This document shows, in pieces, positions 25,722-37,179 of a stretch of 64,000 nucleotides of DNA. The stretch is from Macrostomum hystrix (Eukaryota > Animalia > Platyhelminthes). The stretch lies in NCBI GenBank assembly GCA_950097015.1, contig CATNEN010000001.1, forward strand, positions 14,074,001 through 14,138,000, read 5' to 3'. The first letter of the stretch is position 1, and the number at the start of each line of letters is the position of its first letter. The notes beneath the pieces were generated by a model. It saw only the letters and a list, made by a program, of their open reading frames with translations. It ran no database searches and had not been told where the DNA came from. Made by a program: the position numbers and the translations under genes.

Positions 25722-26590
25722 TGTTCAGTGACTAGGTTTTCTATAAGTATAAGCCTTGAAGAGAAATTAAAGATGTTTATGAAAATTAGAAAATTAGTTC
25801 TCAATAAAAGTCACTTTAAATTTATACTGTATTGCAAACTGTGAAATCAGTTATTATTATACCTAGCTAGTTACAATTATCAGTGTTATCACTAACACTA
25901 ACTAACTACCCAATTGATAAATTACATTATAAAAAATTGACATTGTAGGCCTATTGTATGGAGAAATACTAAAATGTAGTCATGGCATGTAAACTAGTAA
26001 AGAAAAACAGATTTAACATAAAGAATAGTGCTTCGGATTTTACTAGCTTATGTAACTATTATTTGCTATTACAATTTGAATTACACCACCAAGTGTTGCT
26101 GAGAATAAGTAATAATTCAAATTATTAGAATTAATTATTTCTAATTCAGATGGTAAAGGTGTAACGGAAAGCGGAAAATTTTGAGACAGCGAGACACGCA
26201 CGAAAAGTGGTTTAAATTTTTTCAACACAAACAAATCTGAATTTGTAATTCAAAAATCTATACACAATATTATTAATTGCATTTCCAAAACCATTTTTTT
26301 ATTTATTTAATTATTTTTCTTGCAATATCCCATAAATTAAATTTTCTTTCGTCTTAGTTTTTGTACGCGTTCTCTTATACGAATCTGTTTCGTATTCTAT
26401 GGAACCTATTTTTTCTAGGTCCCAAAAAGCTAACTAAGACATGCTGAAATTCTCGTTTAGCATATACTTCCTATAAAGCACAGTATTATCGATCACTAGT
26501 AAAGTAAAAAGGGAACTAAAATGCATGTTGAAAATTGGTGATGTAGTTACGTACGGGAGACCCATGGGCAACGTAAAAATGTTGCTCGGG

Positions 26591-27026
26591 AGACTGAGGG
26601 TCTGCAGTCCAGGCCATCACAGGCAGCTATTCTGCTTACTGACAAACTCAATCTGTTATAGTACAAGTTGTAATGTCCTACCTGAATGGCTCCCAATCGG
26701 CTTCGGTGGCGCCCGGCATTCACCCGACAAACGGCCTTCAGCAGCGAGTCCACACTTTTCTTCTTGATGGTGCGCATTCTCCGCAGGTGAAGGACGGTTG
26801 GCGTGCTGTCCACTTCTGGGTCAGTGACCACCTGGAGGAGAACGGCGTCATACCATTCGCCACTGTACTCTGCCCTCACCTCAATTCTCGTAGCTGAGTA
26901 CAGTTCCGAAGGCTCCATGCTGGCCCAGTCAAAATCCTGGTATTCACCAAGCATAATCTCCGTCTCATCTACTTCTAAAATTTCACCATCATTAGAGAAA
27001 AATACAATATAGCGATTGGACTGCAT
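26591..27026 (-). CDS. Small uncharacterised protein whose 3' end is split by the CMC element (remainder at 20386-20411)
   Basis: ATG at 27026; removing the element restores ...DCRPSVCTPGREL*; upstream motif shared with gene 28778-29113. Confidence 0.55.
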
Positions 27027-27092
27027 TTTAAGCTTTTATAATAGCTTCAATATAAGAATTTGAGAGATTAAGTAGCTAGAAATTTTCTAGAG

Positions 27093-27163
27093 ACTAAAAA
27101 CTTGCTCAACAAAGATTGATATACGAGCTACGTACGTGCAGATATGCTCCGTTGGGACCCCGC
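27093..27163 (-). promoter_or_regulatory. Putative promoter module (copy 1)
   Basis: TTGCTCAACAA.GATTGAT...TACGTGCAGATATGC...TGGG.CCCCGC, also at 29186-29265; both lie ~70-150 bp upstream of an ATG. Confidence 0.55.
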
Positions 27164-27409
27164 ACGCCTACTATGCATATGCTGAGCCTACAGCAGCTGA
27201 CAACAGAATTAATTTCTTTCATGTGTATTTTTTAACTAAATAGCTAAATAATTTGGGATGCGTTATCAACAATGTATGCTGTCTTGTAACCGTCTCTCAT
27301 ATAAACGATTTGTACGACTCGTGCGCACTACTCTTTTATTTCGAATTATTAAGACAATATTTTAAGAGGCAAGCTGCAAGTAAAGTACTGTAACTTTGCA
27401 ACAACTAAT

Positions 27410-27665
27410 GACAATTGAGAGATGAGGGATGAGACAGTGTGAATAAGATGGGTGAGACTGCAGTTGAGAGAAGAGACAGTTGGAAGATGATAAGTGATGA
27501 GACAGTTAAGAGATAAGACAGTTGGAAGATGAGTGATGAGACAGTTGAGAGATGAGTGATGAGACAGTTGAGAGATGAGTGATGAGACAGTTGAGAGATG
27601 AGACAGTTGGAAGATGAGTGATGAGACAGTTGAGAGATGAGTGATGAGACAGATGAGAGATTAGA
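27410..27665. repeat. GA-rich minisatellite (GAGATGAGTGATGAGACAGTT)
   Basis: Visible degenerate tandem array. Confidence 0.85.
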
Positions 27666-28777
27666 AATGAGATAGGGATGAGAATCGAGATAAGACAGGT
27701 ATAGAGTTGTGAAATTGAAGGAGTGAATTAAAAGACAGCGGTATATAGTCAATTCTCACTTCTCAATCAAAGTAGCTAATAGATGGTCACTGCAGTTACT
27801 GCGGCAAGCGAAATGTATGACAAGGAAGGACTAATGATGTTCGAGAGCGTAATACGTAATTTTTTATGCCAGCTTACACATAACATGTACGCATACATGC
27901 AGGATTATAACATGTGATTTTCATGTCTACGAACCAGGCCTTGTTTTATTACGTTAATCAGTAATAATATAAAGCTGCAAATCGGTGTATCGTAATATGG
28001 CAATATAAGAGCTATGATTCCGATTCAGACTGGTATAACTGTCCTTTGATTTCTCAAATTTCTCAAGGTTTCACATACTAATACTATATGTATATACAAA
28101 ACTATTCCTTATTGTCAAGTCAACAACTACGGAAATCCAACCAGTGCCAGTGGCACACAAAAAGTGAAGGCGACGATGAAAAATTATGGCTTGTGTATTT
28201 TTTGTGTAAATGTGTATTTTTTTTAAATTTATTTATTTAAAAATGTGCGCGTGCGTATTTGTGCATAAATATTGAACACAACATTGATACAGTTATTTAT
28301 AAATTACAAGCTAATAGGCCTAAACAAAAGATAGATTGTTTGCTTGCTTTAAGTTTAACATTGCAATTATGAGTATGGCTAATAGTTCCACAGTTCACAG
28401 TTCTTGTTGTCGACTGCATGGCTGCTGCAGAGTTTCATTCTTTTGTATGTACTGTACTGTTAAATTGTCTGTTGTTGATGATCAATGTAAATTAAACAAT
28501 GTATGTTATTCAAACAATGAATGTAACTTTATGTAACAGGTTCATAGCAACTTAATTGTCACGTCGGTCGTCGGTCAATTCAATCACATGATTCTATAGA
28601 TTGGCGCCAGTCAGTCAGCCGGCTTGGTCAGCCGGTCCCAGTCAGCCGATCTGCTGCCCTGCAGCGATTCACAGGACGCCCGGCTGCGATATAAAATATG
28701 GGTTTCAGTTTCATTTAGCTTATTTAGCTCGGTTATCAGATCAGATGCGTTAATAAATATTCTAATAATAATAATAT

Positions 28778-29113
28778 TCAAAAGCGACTACTCACATATG
28801 GGTCCAGGCCCGCCGCTATGCGGCGAGCTCTGGCCATCCGAATCATGGCCAGATTCACACGACGCGTCGCTTCATTCAGCGCGTCCTGTGCCCGGCGCCG
28901 TGCGGGCGTCCAGGCCACTGTCGCCGCCATCTCTTCCGCAGCGACGAGGCACGACTGGATGGCCTCATCCAGTTTGGTGGCGGCATTGGCCAGAATGTTA
29001 GCCCGGAACGGTGCCGGGAACAAATGAAAGTGGAACTCATTGTAGACATCAAGGCCACGGACATGGCATTGGCTGCTGTTGATGCTGTTGCTGTCGCTGC
29101 TGTTGTTATTCAT
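28778..29113 (-). CDS. Small helical, Ala/Arg-rich uncharacterised protein (111 aa)
   Basis: GC-rich ORF in an AT-rich context with AAAATG start context and a shared upstream module. Confidence 0.55.
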   Translation of the reverse strand: MNNNSSDSNSINSSQCHVRGLDVYNEFHFHLFPAPFRANILANAATKLDEAIQSCLVAAEEMAATVAWTPARRRAQDALNEATRRVNLAMIRMARARRIAAGLDPYVSSRF

Positions 29114-29185
29114 TTTTATTTGTTGAAGGAAGGTTGAAGGAAGTTAGTTGAGGGAATTTTAGTGATCTGGTGGGAGAAGTTGCAA

Positions 29186-29265
29186 CTATAAAATTGCTCA
29201 ACAACGATTGATCATCTATTTATATATGAGCCATACGTGCAGATATGCCACAGGTGGGTCCCCGC
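29186..29265 (-). promoter_or_regulatory. Putative promoter module (copy 2), next to CCAAT boxes and a (GAGCC)n tract
   Basis: Matches 27093-27163; TATA-like run at ~29217-29227. Confidence 0.55.
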
Positions 29266-29602
29266 CTTCTCAAAGATTTATTGGACACAAGCCAATGAAA
29301 ACGTGCCCGCGCCGCGCGGAATCCGACAGAGCCAATCCGAGCCAAGAGCGAGCCGAACCGGCTCGAGCCGAGCCGAGCGAGCCGAGCCGAGCGAGCCGAG
29401 CCGAGCCGAGCCGAGCCGAGCTGAGCCAACTCGACTCGAGTCTCGACAAAGGCAAGTAAACTAGCAATTGTAGTAAATTAGTGAATTGTAATTTACAGAC
29501 TTCTAGGCTATAGTAATATTATTTTCCCGGGTTAATTTACAGCAATTTTATTTTCAATATATCCCATCTATTAGCCTTTGATAACCATCACTTACTCACA
29601 AA

Positions 29603-32600
29603 ATGTCTAAAAGACGGACTAAAGGCGACACGAACCAACGACGAAAGTTTCAAAATTGGTTCACAAAGAACCTACTTGACTTTGCGGACAGTGATGTAGA
29701 AATGGACCAAGTGAGTTTTCAATTTTTATTGAGTTTCTATTTAAGTTTCATGCAAGTTTGTGAAGAAATTTGACGAGGGTGGGGCAGACAGGCAGGATTG
29801 ACAGGGTGATAGGTTTGATTGATTGCCTCGAATTTTATGCACAGTTTCATCGTCTTCTTTTTTTCCTCTTTATTTTCAATCAGGAGGTTGCATCTTCCCA
29901 TGCAGATGGCGCAAGCCTCATTCCACCTGAGGATTCGCGGCCTGATTCTACCAGTGCCGGTGTCAATGCCTGTGACCCCATGCATTTATCAGCTATTAAC
30001 GAGGCTTTCGACGAAAGTGAGGCTGATGAGTTCGACTACGCCGATCACTTGTCAACAGATGCGGAAGATGGGGACCCAGGCCAAACAGCAAAGCCATCAT
30101 TGGAGAGCCTGAATGAGGAGCTTCTAATATTCTTCGTTCGTTACAACATCTCACATCGAGCGATGCAGTTCCTGCTCAATGCTCTAGTCTGCCGAGGCCT
30201 GCCGGTCGCAAGAACAGTGCACCGTCTGCGCAAAGAACCTTCGGCTGAAGCAGTACAAATACAAAAGTACACCATGGGTAGTGGACACTTTTCCTACATC
30301 GGTATTGCTTCGAACCTGGCGTTCCTGATTCGCGGCGGCATGTTGGATCTTGGAAATCCGGAAGCCACCCAGAATGACAGAGCAAGGTTGGAACTGGACA
30401 TTGATGTTGGCATTGACGGAATGCCGATTTACAATTCGTCAAATTACGCGGCATGGCCTATTATCGTTAAGTTTTCGAGGTTCTGTCGCCCACTTCCTGT
30501 TGCTGTGTATGCTGGGTTGGGTAACCCACCTCTTACCGAGTACCTGGCCGACTTCATCAAGGAGCTGCAGTCCTTCATGACCGACTTTGTCGAAGTTAAT
30601 GGGGTGCTAATCCACATCAGGAACATCACGTTCATTTGCGACACGCCAGCGCGGTCCTTCATCACCGCAACTTTGGGCCACAACGCACATCACGGCTGCC
30701 CCTACTGCAGAGTGGTAGCCCAGACGGTCGACCGGCGAATAGTCTACCCTGTCGAAGTCGGAGAGTGTCGCACAGCTGAGGATTATCGTTTTAATAGGTG
30801 CGTGTGTGTGCATGGGGTTGTGTGTATGTGTGTGTGCTTTTGCGAATTTTGTATACCAGCTTATACATCTGTATACGCCTACATGGCAGGATATATGACA
30901 TGTTTTTTACATGTCTACGAACCTGACCTGACGTTGTCTTAATACGTGAATCAGTTATCATATAAATGTGCAAATGGCTGTATCGGGATATGGCAACTAA
31001 AGAAATGTGATTCCGATTCAGACTGTCTATATAATGGCTGTCCTTTTAAATCTCAAAAATGATTCACATACTATATACAATATAAAATATACAATATACA
31101 ATATAAAATAATATACAATAGTTCGATTCCCGACTCCACTGAAAAAATTTGTGTCCTTTAGCAAGACACTTAACTCTGCAGTGCTTCAGTTCACCCAGCT
31201 GTTAAATGGGTACCAGCTGTTGTGCCGCAAGTTACCGAGGAAAGTGGACTCTTTTAGAGTTGCAACGAGATGTGAAGCTTTTGTATATTTTTTATCGGCG
31301 ATGACCGGCCGCGAGTTAGTATATAGCGAACAGGGGAGAGTGGTGGAAGGAACATAGACATAGACTAAAACGGACTAAAACGAGTAAGATAAAAGTGCAA
31401 TAAACAAGTTGTGATGCAAAACAAGCACGTTAAAGTTCATCGGGTCATTCCATAGAGTTAAGGTTAAACGCCACCTCATCTTCCACCTTCGAATCGAATC
31501 GGCGGGATGCCTCGGTTAGCACGCACTGGGTAGCGGGGCTCTGGTCTCTCGTTTGGCTTGCCGATCACGCTCTGATGGTCATGAAGGAGGTCGCCCGGCT
31601 GATTTTCGACAGGCTGTTCAGTTTGCTGCTGCTCGTTAGGCCGGTGCGGTGCGGACTCATCAAGCGGGTGCTGTCCTGGGTCAGTTGGCTGCCCCTCGAT
31701 AACAGGGCTGAGCTGGTCAGCGTGAGCTAGTGTGACCTGGCCTCCTTGCCGCGCGATCAGTGCTGTGTTGGTGCCCTTCTGGGCGACGAACTCGGCTCGC
31801 TCTTGGACCTGCTTGCCGCCGGGCGTATACCAAACGCTCGCTCCGATTGGCGTCTGCATGGTAATAGGGTTGCGTAGCTGCCGTCCCATGAGCTGCGCCG
31901 GGCTCTGCAGCCGGCCTGCGTGCGGTACGCACCTATAGTTCAGCAGCAGCCTGGACAGGAATGAGTCATACGTTTCCGACTGCTGGTCCCACGCTTTCGA
32001 TGCTCTCTTGATGGATTGCACCATCCGCTCTGCTAACCCGTTTGATTGCGGATGCCGCGGCGGCGTCTTCAGGGCTCGACAGCCGATTCTCTCTAGCCAG
32101 GTGAGGAGATTCGCGTCGTGGAACTCGGCAGCGTTGTCGCTGACGAGCACGTGCGGCACTCCGGTTCTCGCGAAGACAGACTGCAATACCCGCTTAACGG
32201 TTGCCGCGTCTCGGTTCGGCACCCGCACAGCCTCTGGCCAGCCAGACATCGCGTCGACCAGAATGAGCAGTAGTCCGACATTCGGCACACTCGCGTGGTC
32301 CATATGCACTCTGTGCCAGGGCTCCTGCTCCTCCGGCCACCGGTGGACAGTCGCTGTGCTTTTTGGTCGAAGTCTTGAGCAGGTTGGGCAGCTGTGGATG
32401 AATGCCTCCACGTCGTTGCAGTAGCCTGGCCACCAGGCGGAGTTCTGAAGGCGAGCGCGAGTTGAGCTGGATCCTTGATGCGTATCGTTGTGCACCAGCC
32501 GGAGTGCTTTTTGTCGGAGTACGGCCGGAATTACCACGCGATCGCCGTAGCAGAGAACTCCGTCCTCCACAGTCAAGGTGTTTCGGGCCGCTTTGAAAGG

Positions 32601-35600
32601 CTTCTCGGCTGGTGAGCAGTTGGACCATCTGTTAGTGGCGACTCGCCTCATAATGTCCGTCAGCAGCATCTCCCGCAGGGTTTCTTCCCTGAGCTCCTGC
32701 CATGGAATTACGGCTTCTCCCGTCCAGTGGATGACGCTTTCTACCTGCTCGCCCTGACTCTCCGAGTTGTCGTTATCGAAGTCCAGCCTTGTTAGCGCGT
32801 CGACTTGCGGAATCGACTCACCCTTTGTGTAGGTGATGTCGTAGTCAAATGCCATCAGCTTTATGGCCCACCGAAGCAGCCTTGCGTTTGCGACCTTCGG
32901 TAGCTGGCGCCTCGTGCCAAAGATAAACTCCAGCGGGCGGTGGTCGGTTCTCAGCGTGAAGTGCGACCCCAGCAGGAATTGCTTGGCTCGCTCCATGGCC
33001 CAGACGATTGAGAGCGCCTCTCTCTCGATGTTGGAGTAGCGAGTCTCAGCGCTACTCAACCGTCGACTGAAGTACATGACCGGGTGTCCGGCCTGAGATA
33101 GGACCGCTGCAATTGCCCTCTCGCTGGCGTCGGTGGTGAGCGTCGTCTCCTCGCGCTTGTTGTAGGGCTGGAGCACCGGTTCTCGGCTGAGAATGTCCTT
33201 GATCAGTGAGAAAGCGGCTTGCTGAACAGGACCCCAGTTGAACTCTGCTGCTCGGCCTCGTAGCTGATTTAGCGGTTCGACGACATCTGAGTAGCTCTTG
33301 ATGAATCGACCGAAGAAATTGGCGAGTCCCAGGAAGGACTCCAGTTGCTTCTTGTCCTTGGGAGGCTTCACAGAGCGAATTTTTCTCACCAACTCCGGAT
33401 CCGGGGTTATTCCTGAGGCGCTGATTCTGTAGCCTAGGAATGAAATTTCTGTTGCTCTTAGATTCGACTTGTCCAGGTTGATGGTCATTCCAGATGACTG
33501 CAGAGTTTGCAGTACGCGTTGCACTTTCTGATTGAGCTCGGAGTCGGACTTTGCACCCAGTAGAATGTCATCCTGGTAGACAATCTTACCGCTGATGTCT
33601 TCCAGGATTGTCTCCATGGCTTTCTGGAAAATTGATGACGCTGACTTCAGACCAGGCACCAGTCTCTTGTACTTAAAGAGGCCCAGTGGCGTTGAAATGG
33701 TGGTCACTTCTCGGCTGTCCTCGTCCAGCTCGATCTGCAGGTAGGCGTCCGAGAGGTCGAGCTTGGCAGAAAGCGTCATGCCAACGATTTCGGAGAATAT
33801 TGTCTCCATTTCCGGCATCGGGTAGGTGTCGTTGCAGATCTGGTGATTCACTCCTGCCTTGAAGTCGGCGCATACTCGCACTTTCCCATTGGGCTTCAGG
33901 ACGTTGACAATGGGGGACGCCCACTGGCTGCCCCCGGCAGGGACCTGCTCAATGATGCCTTCAGACTCCATGCGCTGCAACTCACGTACCACCAGGTCTT
34001 TGAGGTGCAGTGGCACTGATCGTGCGGCGCAGTAGAACGGTTTGGCTCCCTCGATGAGTCTGATTTTGGCCTGGAAGCCTTTGAGACAGCCGAGCTGCTG
34101 TATTTCGTTGATGGTCACGGCGTTCTCCTGCAGCTTGATGTTGTCCATTCCGAGCAGTTCGTGCTTCTTTTCCGCAACGGTGACGACCAGGTCGACTGCT
34201 ACGAATTTGGAGTCGGTCTCGAGTGACGCAGTGAACTCGCCCAGGCAGGCAATGCTGGAACCGTCGAACTGCCGCAGAGTTTTCTTGCACTTGCGCAGGG
34301 CTGGGCGGCCGACCTGACGCCAGAGGTTCTGAGGAATGAGGCTGACCTCCGCCCCGGTGTCGACCTGCATTGGCACGCCGCAGCCATTGATCTTAATGGT
34401 CCTGAAAAGGCCAGTCTGCTGCGCTGGGGCCTACGGCGTACACCTCTGCTTCCTCAGCGGACTCTGTTGTCTCCAAATGGACAGCTCGGGATCTGCAAAT
34501 CCGCGAAGTGATTCTTTTTCTGGCAGTTGGTGCACTTTTTGCCGTACGCCGGGCAGCTGCCCCGAGGGTGGCTGGCGCCACAGAATCTGCATTTGGAGAT
34601 TGCCGATGTTCTTGGAGGTGACGAGCTCTTCTGCTGGCCGTTGAAAGCGATGTCCGCAGTCGCGGGAGCGTGGTATTCCCTGATTTGCTCTAGGTGTTGT
34701 AGGCTCTGCAGAATGCTGTCTAGCAACATGTCGCCTTCTTGCAGCCGCTCGAGGATCCGCTTCTTGTGTTCAGGCGAGTTCAGACCATCGATGAGTCGCA
34801 TGACGATCATGTCGTTTTCCTTAGTTTGCTTGCTGCCCAGTGTCTCGAATTCACATAGCGATGCAGCAGCTCTCAACCTTCTGAAGTACGCCATGACGCT
34901 CTCTCCCGACTCCTGCCTCAAGTTGAGGAATTTCGTGCGCTCAGCGATGACGAGGCGCTTCTTAGGGCGAATTGTGCTGTCGACGAGCTCTTTGATGTCG
35001 TCAAACATCATTTCGTCCAGCTGTTTGGGCGCTGCCATGAGGGACAGGGTGCGGATTGCATGGAGTCCCGCCTTTGATAGAAACAAGTCTGTTTTGTCTC
35101 GAGCTTGGTCAGAGTCGGAGATCTTCTTCATGCGTGCTGTTGCCGATAGCTGTTGCATCCATGCCTCGGCCATCTCTGCATTTTCCAAATCGAGCTCTTG
35201 GCTCTGTTGTCTGGCTGCTTGCGACGCCATTGTTGTGCCGCGAGTTACCGAGGAAAGTGGACTCTTTTAGAGTTGCAACGAGATGTGAAGCTTTTGTATA
35301 TTTTTTATCGGCGATGACCGGCCGCGAGTTAGTATATAGCGAACAGGGGAGAGTGGTGGAAGGAACATAGACATAGACTAAAACGGACTAAAACGAGTAA
35401 GATAAAAGTGCAATAAACAAGTTGTGATGCAAAACAAGCACGTTAAAGTTCATCGGGTCATTCCATAGAGTTAAGGTTAAACGCCACCTCACCAGCATTA
35501 GCTGGGGTAATTGAAGGTGGGTGTATGGCGTCCCCCCAGTCCATGGACTGAACAGCCGTACGCAGCCTTCAGATGCGCCGCGCATTAGCTGCGGCTGTGC

Positions 35601-36626
35601 TGTCGATTGGGGCAGGTGTAATCAATTATTATTATTACTAGTCTTTATCGCCAACAACTACTGCAGGGAATCCAACCAGCGGCATGAACCAAGTCCGCTC
35701 CTGTCACTGCCAGGCTTGCAACTACCTGATGCTTGCCCACCGGAGCCAATGCACCTGCTCTTTCTAGGCGTCGCTAGGCGTCTTTTCACCTTCCTCTTTG
35801 CGGTGGATGACGGACGGCGGCGCAAAATTAGGCCGGATCAAGTTTCCGCTCTTTCTGATTTTGCCGAATCACGTGCGCTATATACACCGACAAATTTCCA
35901 AAGACGCCCTCGGAGAATCGACCGAGAACTCGGACATTTCAAAGCCAGCGAGTTCCGCACGTGGACTTTGTATGTGGGCCCGTATTTTTTTCGCAAATTT
36001 CTGCCAACAGAGTTGTACAGGCATTTTCTTCTATTTCACTTTGCCTGTTATGTTCTTTGCTCTGATAGCCCACAGCCTGAACTTCTTGATGCCGCTGAAT
36101 CTGCCATGAAACTTTTTGTGTATGACGCAGCTCAACTGTACGGCAACAGTTTCATGACTCACAATGCTCACGTTCTTTTGCACTTGTTTCAATACGCGAG
36201 GCAACGTGGAAATGTGTCCAACTTTTCGGCCTTTCCATATGAGAACTACCTCTCTCACTTAAAGGGTCGCCTTCGAGTAACGCGCTTTGTATCATCTTGC
36301 TAAATCAAATGCTTTCACTTCGCGACTTACTAGTCAGCAACCCAATTAAGCCCATTAAGTACTCTGTTAAGATGCCCGACAACTGTTGCATCGTGAATGG
36401 CTCAGTTGTTCGGGTTACTTCTGTTCTTGGTGACCAAGTAACTGGCAATATTCTGTCGCTGCAAAAGGACTTGTATGACTATCCATATCCGTCCTCAAAA
36501 CTGGGTATCGGAGTCTATTGTAAAACACGATCTTTTGTTACTGGCACTCCCCACAGGAAGTGCTTTCTGTTCCCGCGCGAGACCGGAAAGGCATGGCTGG
36601 TGATTCCTCTCTCTGGTGTTGATTAG
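29603..36626 (+). CDS. EnSpm/CMC transposase B, spliced: join(29603..29710,29884..30797,35667..36626), one frameshift near 36297
   Basis: GT-AG introns that keep the frame; DGMPIY..WPI, CDTPAR..H...GCPYC, EPMHLL.LG, FKASEFR, HNAHVLLHL, SAFPYENYL. Confidence 0.85.
31121..31217 (+). mobile_element. tRNA-derived SINE, 5' part (continues at 35492-35636 after the Gypsy insertion)
   Basis: B-box GTTCGATTCC and core GTGTCCTTTAGCAAGACACTT...CACCCAGCTGTTAAATGGGTACC; contiguous in the copy at 52758-52975. Confidence 0.8.
31476..34376 (-). CDS. pol: Pol: protease, RT, RNase H, integrase
   Basis: VDTGA, WASPIV, YQDDIL, TDAS, TDHRPL, H-H-C-C Zn finger, LVSDN, SNGLAERMV. Confidence 0.97.
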   Translation of the reverse strand: MPMQVDTGAEVSLIPQNLWRQVGRPALRKCKKTLRQFDGSSIACLGEFTASLETDSKFVAVDLVVTVAEKKHELLGMDNIKLQENAVTINEIQQLGCLKGFQAKIRLIEGAKPFYCAARSVPLHLKDLVVRELQRMESEGIIEQVPAGGSQWASPIVNVLKPNGKVRVCADFKAGVNHQICNDTYPMPEMETIFSEIVGMTLSAKLDLSDAYLQIELDEDSREVTTISTPLGLFKYKRLVPGLKSASSIFQKAMETILEDISGKIVYQDDILLGAKSDSELNQKVQRVLQTLQSSGMTINLDKSNLRATEISFLGYRISASGITPDPELVRKIRSVKPPKDKKQLESFLGLANFFGRFIKSYSDVVEPLNQLRGRAAEFNWGPVQQAAFSLIKDILSREPVLQPYNKREETTLTTDASERAIAAVLSQAGHPVMYFSRRLSSAETRYSNIEREALSIVWAMERAKQFLLGSHFTLRTDHRPLEFIFGTRRQLPKVANARLLRWAIKLMAFDYDITYTKGESIPQVDALTRLDFDNDNSESQGEQVESVIHWTGEAVIPWQELREETLREMLLTDIMRRVATNRWSNCSPAEKPFKAARNTLTVEDGVLCYGDRVVIPAVLRQKALRLVHNDTHQGSSSTRARLQNSAWWPGYCNDVEAFIHSCPTCSRLRPKSTATVHRWPEEQEPWHRVHMDHASVPNVGLLLILVDAMSGWPEAVRVPNRDAATVKRVLQSVFARTGVPHVLVSDNAAEFHDANLLTWLERIGCRALKTPPRHPQSNGLAERMVQSIKRASKAWDQQSETYDSFLSRLLLNYRCVPHAGRLQSPAQLMGRQLRNPITMQTPIGASVWYTPGGKQVQERAEFVAQKGTNTALIARQGGQVTLAHADQLSPVIEGQPTDPGQHPLDESAPHRPNEQQQTEQPVENQPGDLLHDHQSVIGKPNERPEPRYPVRANRGIPPIRFEGGR
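34454..35230 (-). CDS. gag: Gag with Zn knuckles; two frameshifts before the protease
   Basis: RQESGESV major-homology-like region; CRFCGASHPRGSCPAYGKKCTNCQKKNHF (Mag-type knuckles). Confidence 0.9.
   Translation of the reverse strand: MASQAARQQSQELDLENAEMAEAWMQQLSATARMKKISDSDQARDKTDLFLSKAGLHAIRTLSLMAAPKQLDEMMFDDIKELVDSTIRPKKRLVIAERTKFLNLRQESGESVMAYFRRLRAAASLCEFETLGSKQTKENDMIVMRLIDGLNSPEHKKRILERLQEGDMLLDSILQSLQHLEQIREYHAPATADIAFNGQQKSSSPPRTSAISKCRFCGASHPRGSCPAYGKKCTNCQKKNHFADLQIPSCPFGDNRVR
35492..35636 (+). mobile_element. SINE 3' part with (ATT)n tail
   Basis: Matches the SINE copies at 47226-47399 and 52758-52975. Confidence 0.8.
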
Positions 36627-37179
36627 TGGAATCGCATTCTGTTCCACCCTTGTCAGCAAATGAAATTTTGACTGTTAATGTTTTGCATCAATTTGACTAC
36701 AGACATAAAAATGTACAAATGTAAAAAAGTGTATACTCCCAGAGTTGCAAGCATAAACTCGTATGTAACTCAGAAGTATAAACTCACTGTATGAACTCAA
36801 ACGTACGGATCAGAGACAAGACTAAGATATTGAGCAGCAAAGTCCGAATAGCAAAATAAATACCGGGAATGATAAGCGATAAGGTTTATTTGAGGCGGTG
36901 TGTGGTCTCCGATAACAGGAGTCCATTTTTCTTGCCGTTTGTTGCCTGAAGAGCGCGTTGACACTTTAATGCCAAAACTTTGTTCTTTCGCACATTTTTA
37001 CGAAATTCTTAAATCGAATTTAATATTATAAGGCATTCGAAAGCGTGTCATTATCTTCGTAATTGCTTTTATTGTACGCGTGTTTAGCAACAAGCATGCT
37101 TCCAGAATCACTTAATTCCCATTAATTGAAGTGACTGCTAGAAACGGTAAACATCTAGCTAGTAGAGCTCTTCTGCATA

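Larger units (their letters stand above)
20412..26590 (-). mobile_element. EnSpm/CACTA (CMC) DNA transposon with both termini, coding regions decayed
   Basis: Perfect 20-bp TIRs CCCGAGCAACATTTTTACGT (20412-20431) and ACGTAAAAATGTTGCTCGGG (26571-26590); 3-bp TSD AGA; internal transposase plus second gene. Confidence 0.9.
31218..35491 (-). mobile_element. Gypsy (Mag-like) LTR retrotransposon, recent insertion
   Basis: 261-bp TG..CA LTRs at 31218-31478 and 35231-35491 with one visible mismatch; 5-bp TSD CCAGC; PBS TGGCGTCGCAAGCAG; PPT GAAGGTGGAAGA. Confidence 0.97.

Noticed and set aside
34390-34510. Programmed gag-pol frameshift
   Set aside because: Two shifts are needed, one inside a Zn knuckle, and there is no clear slippery heptamer; mutations or assembly indels are more likely
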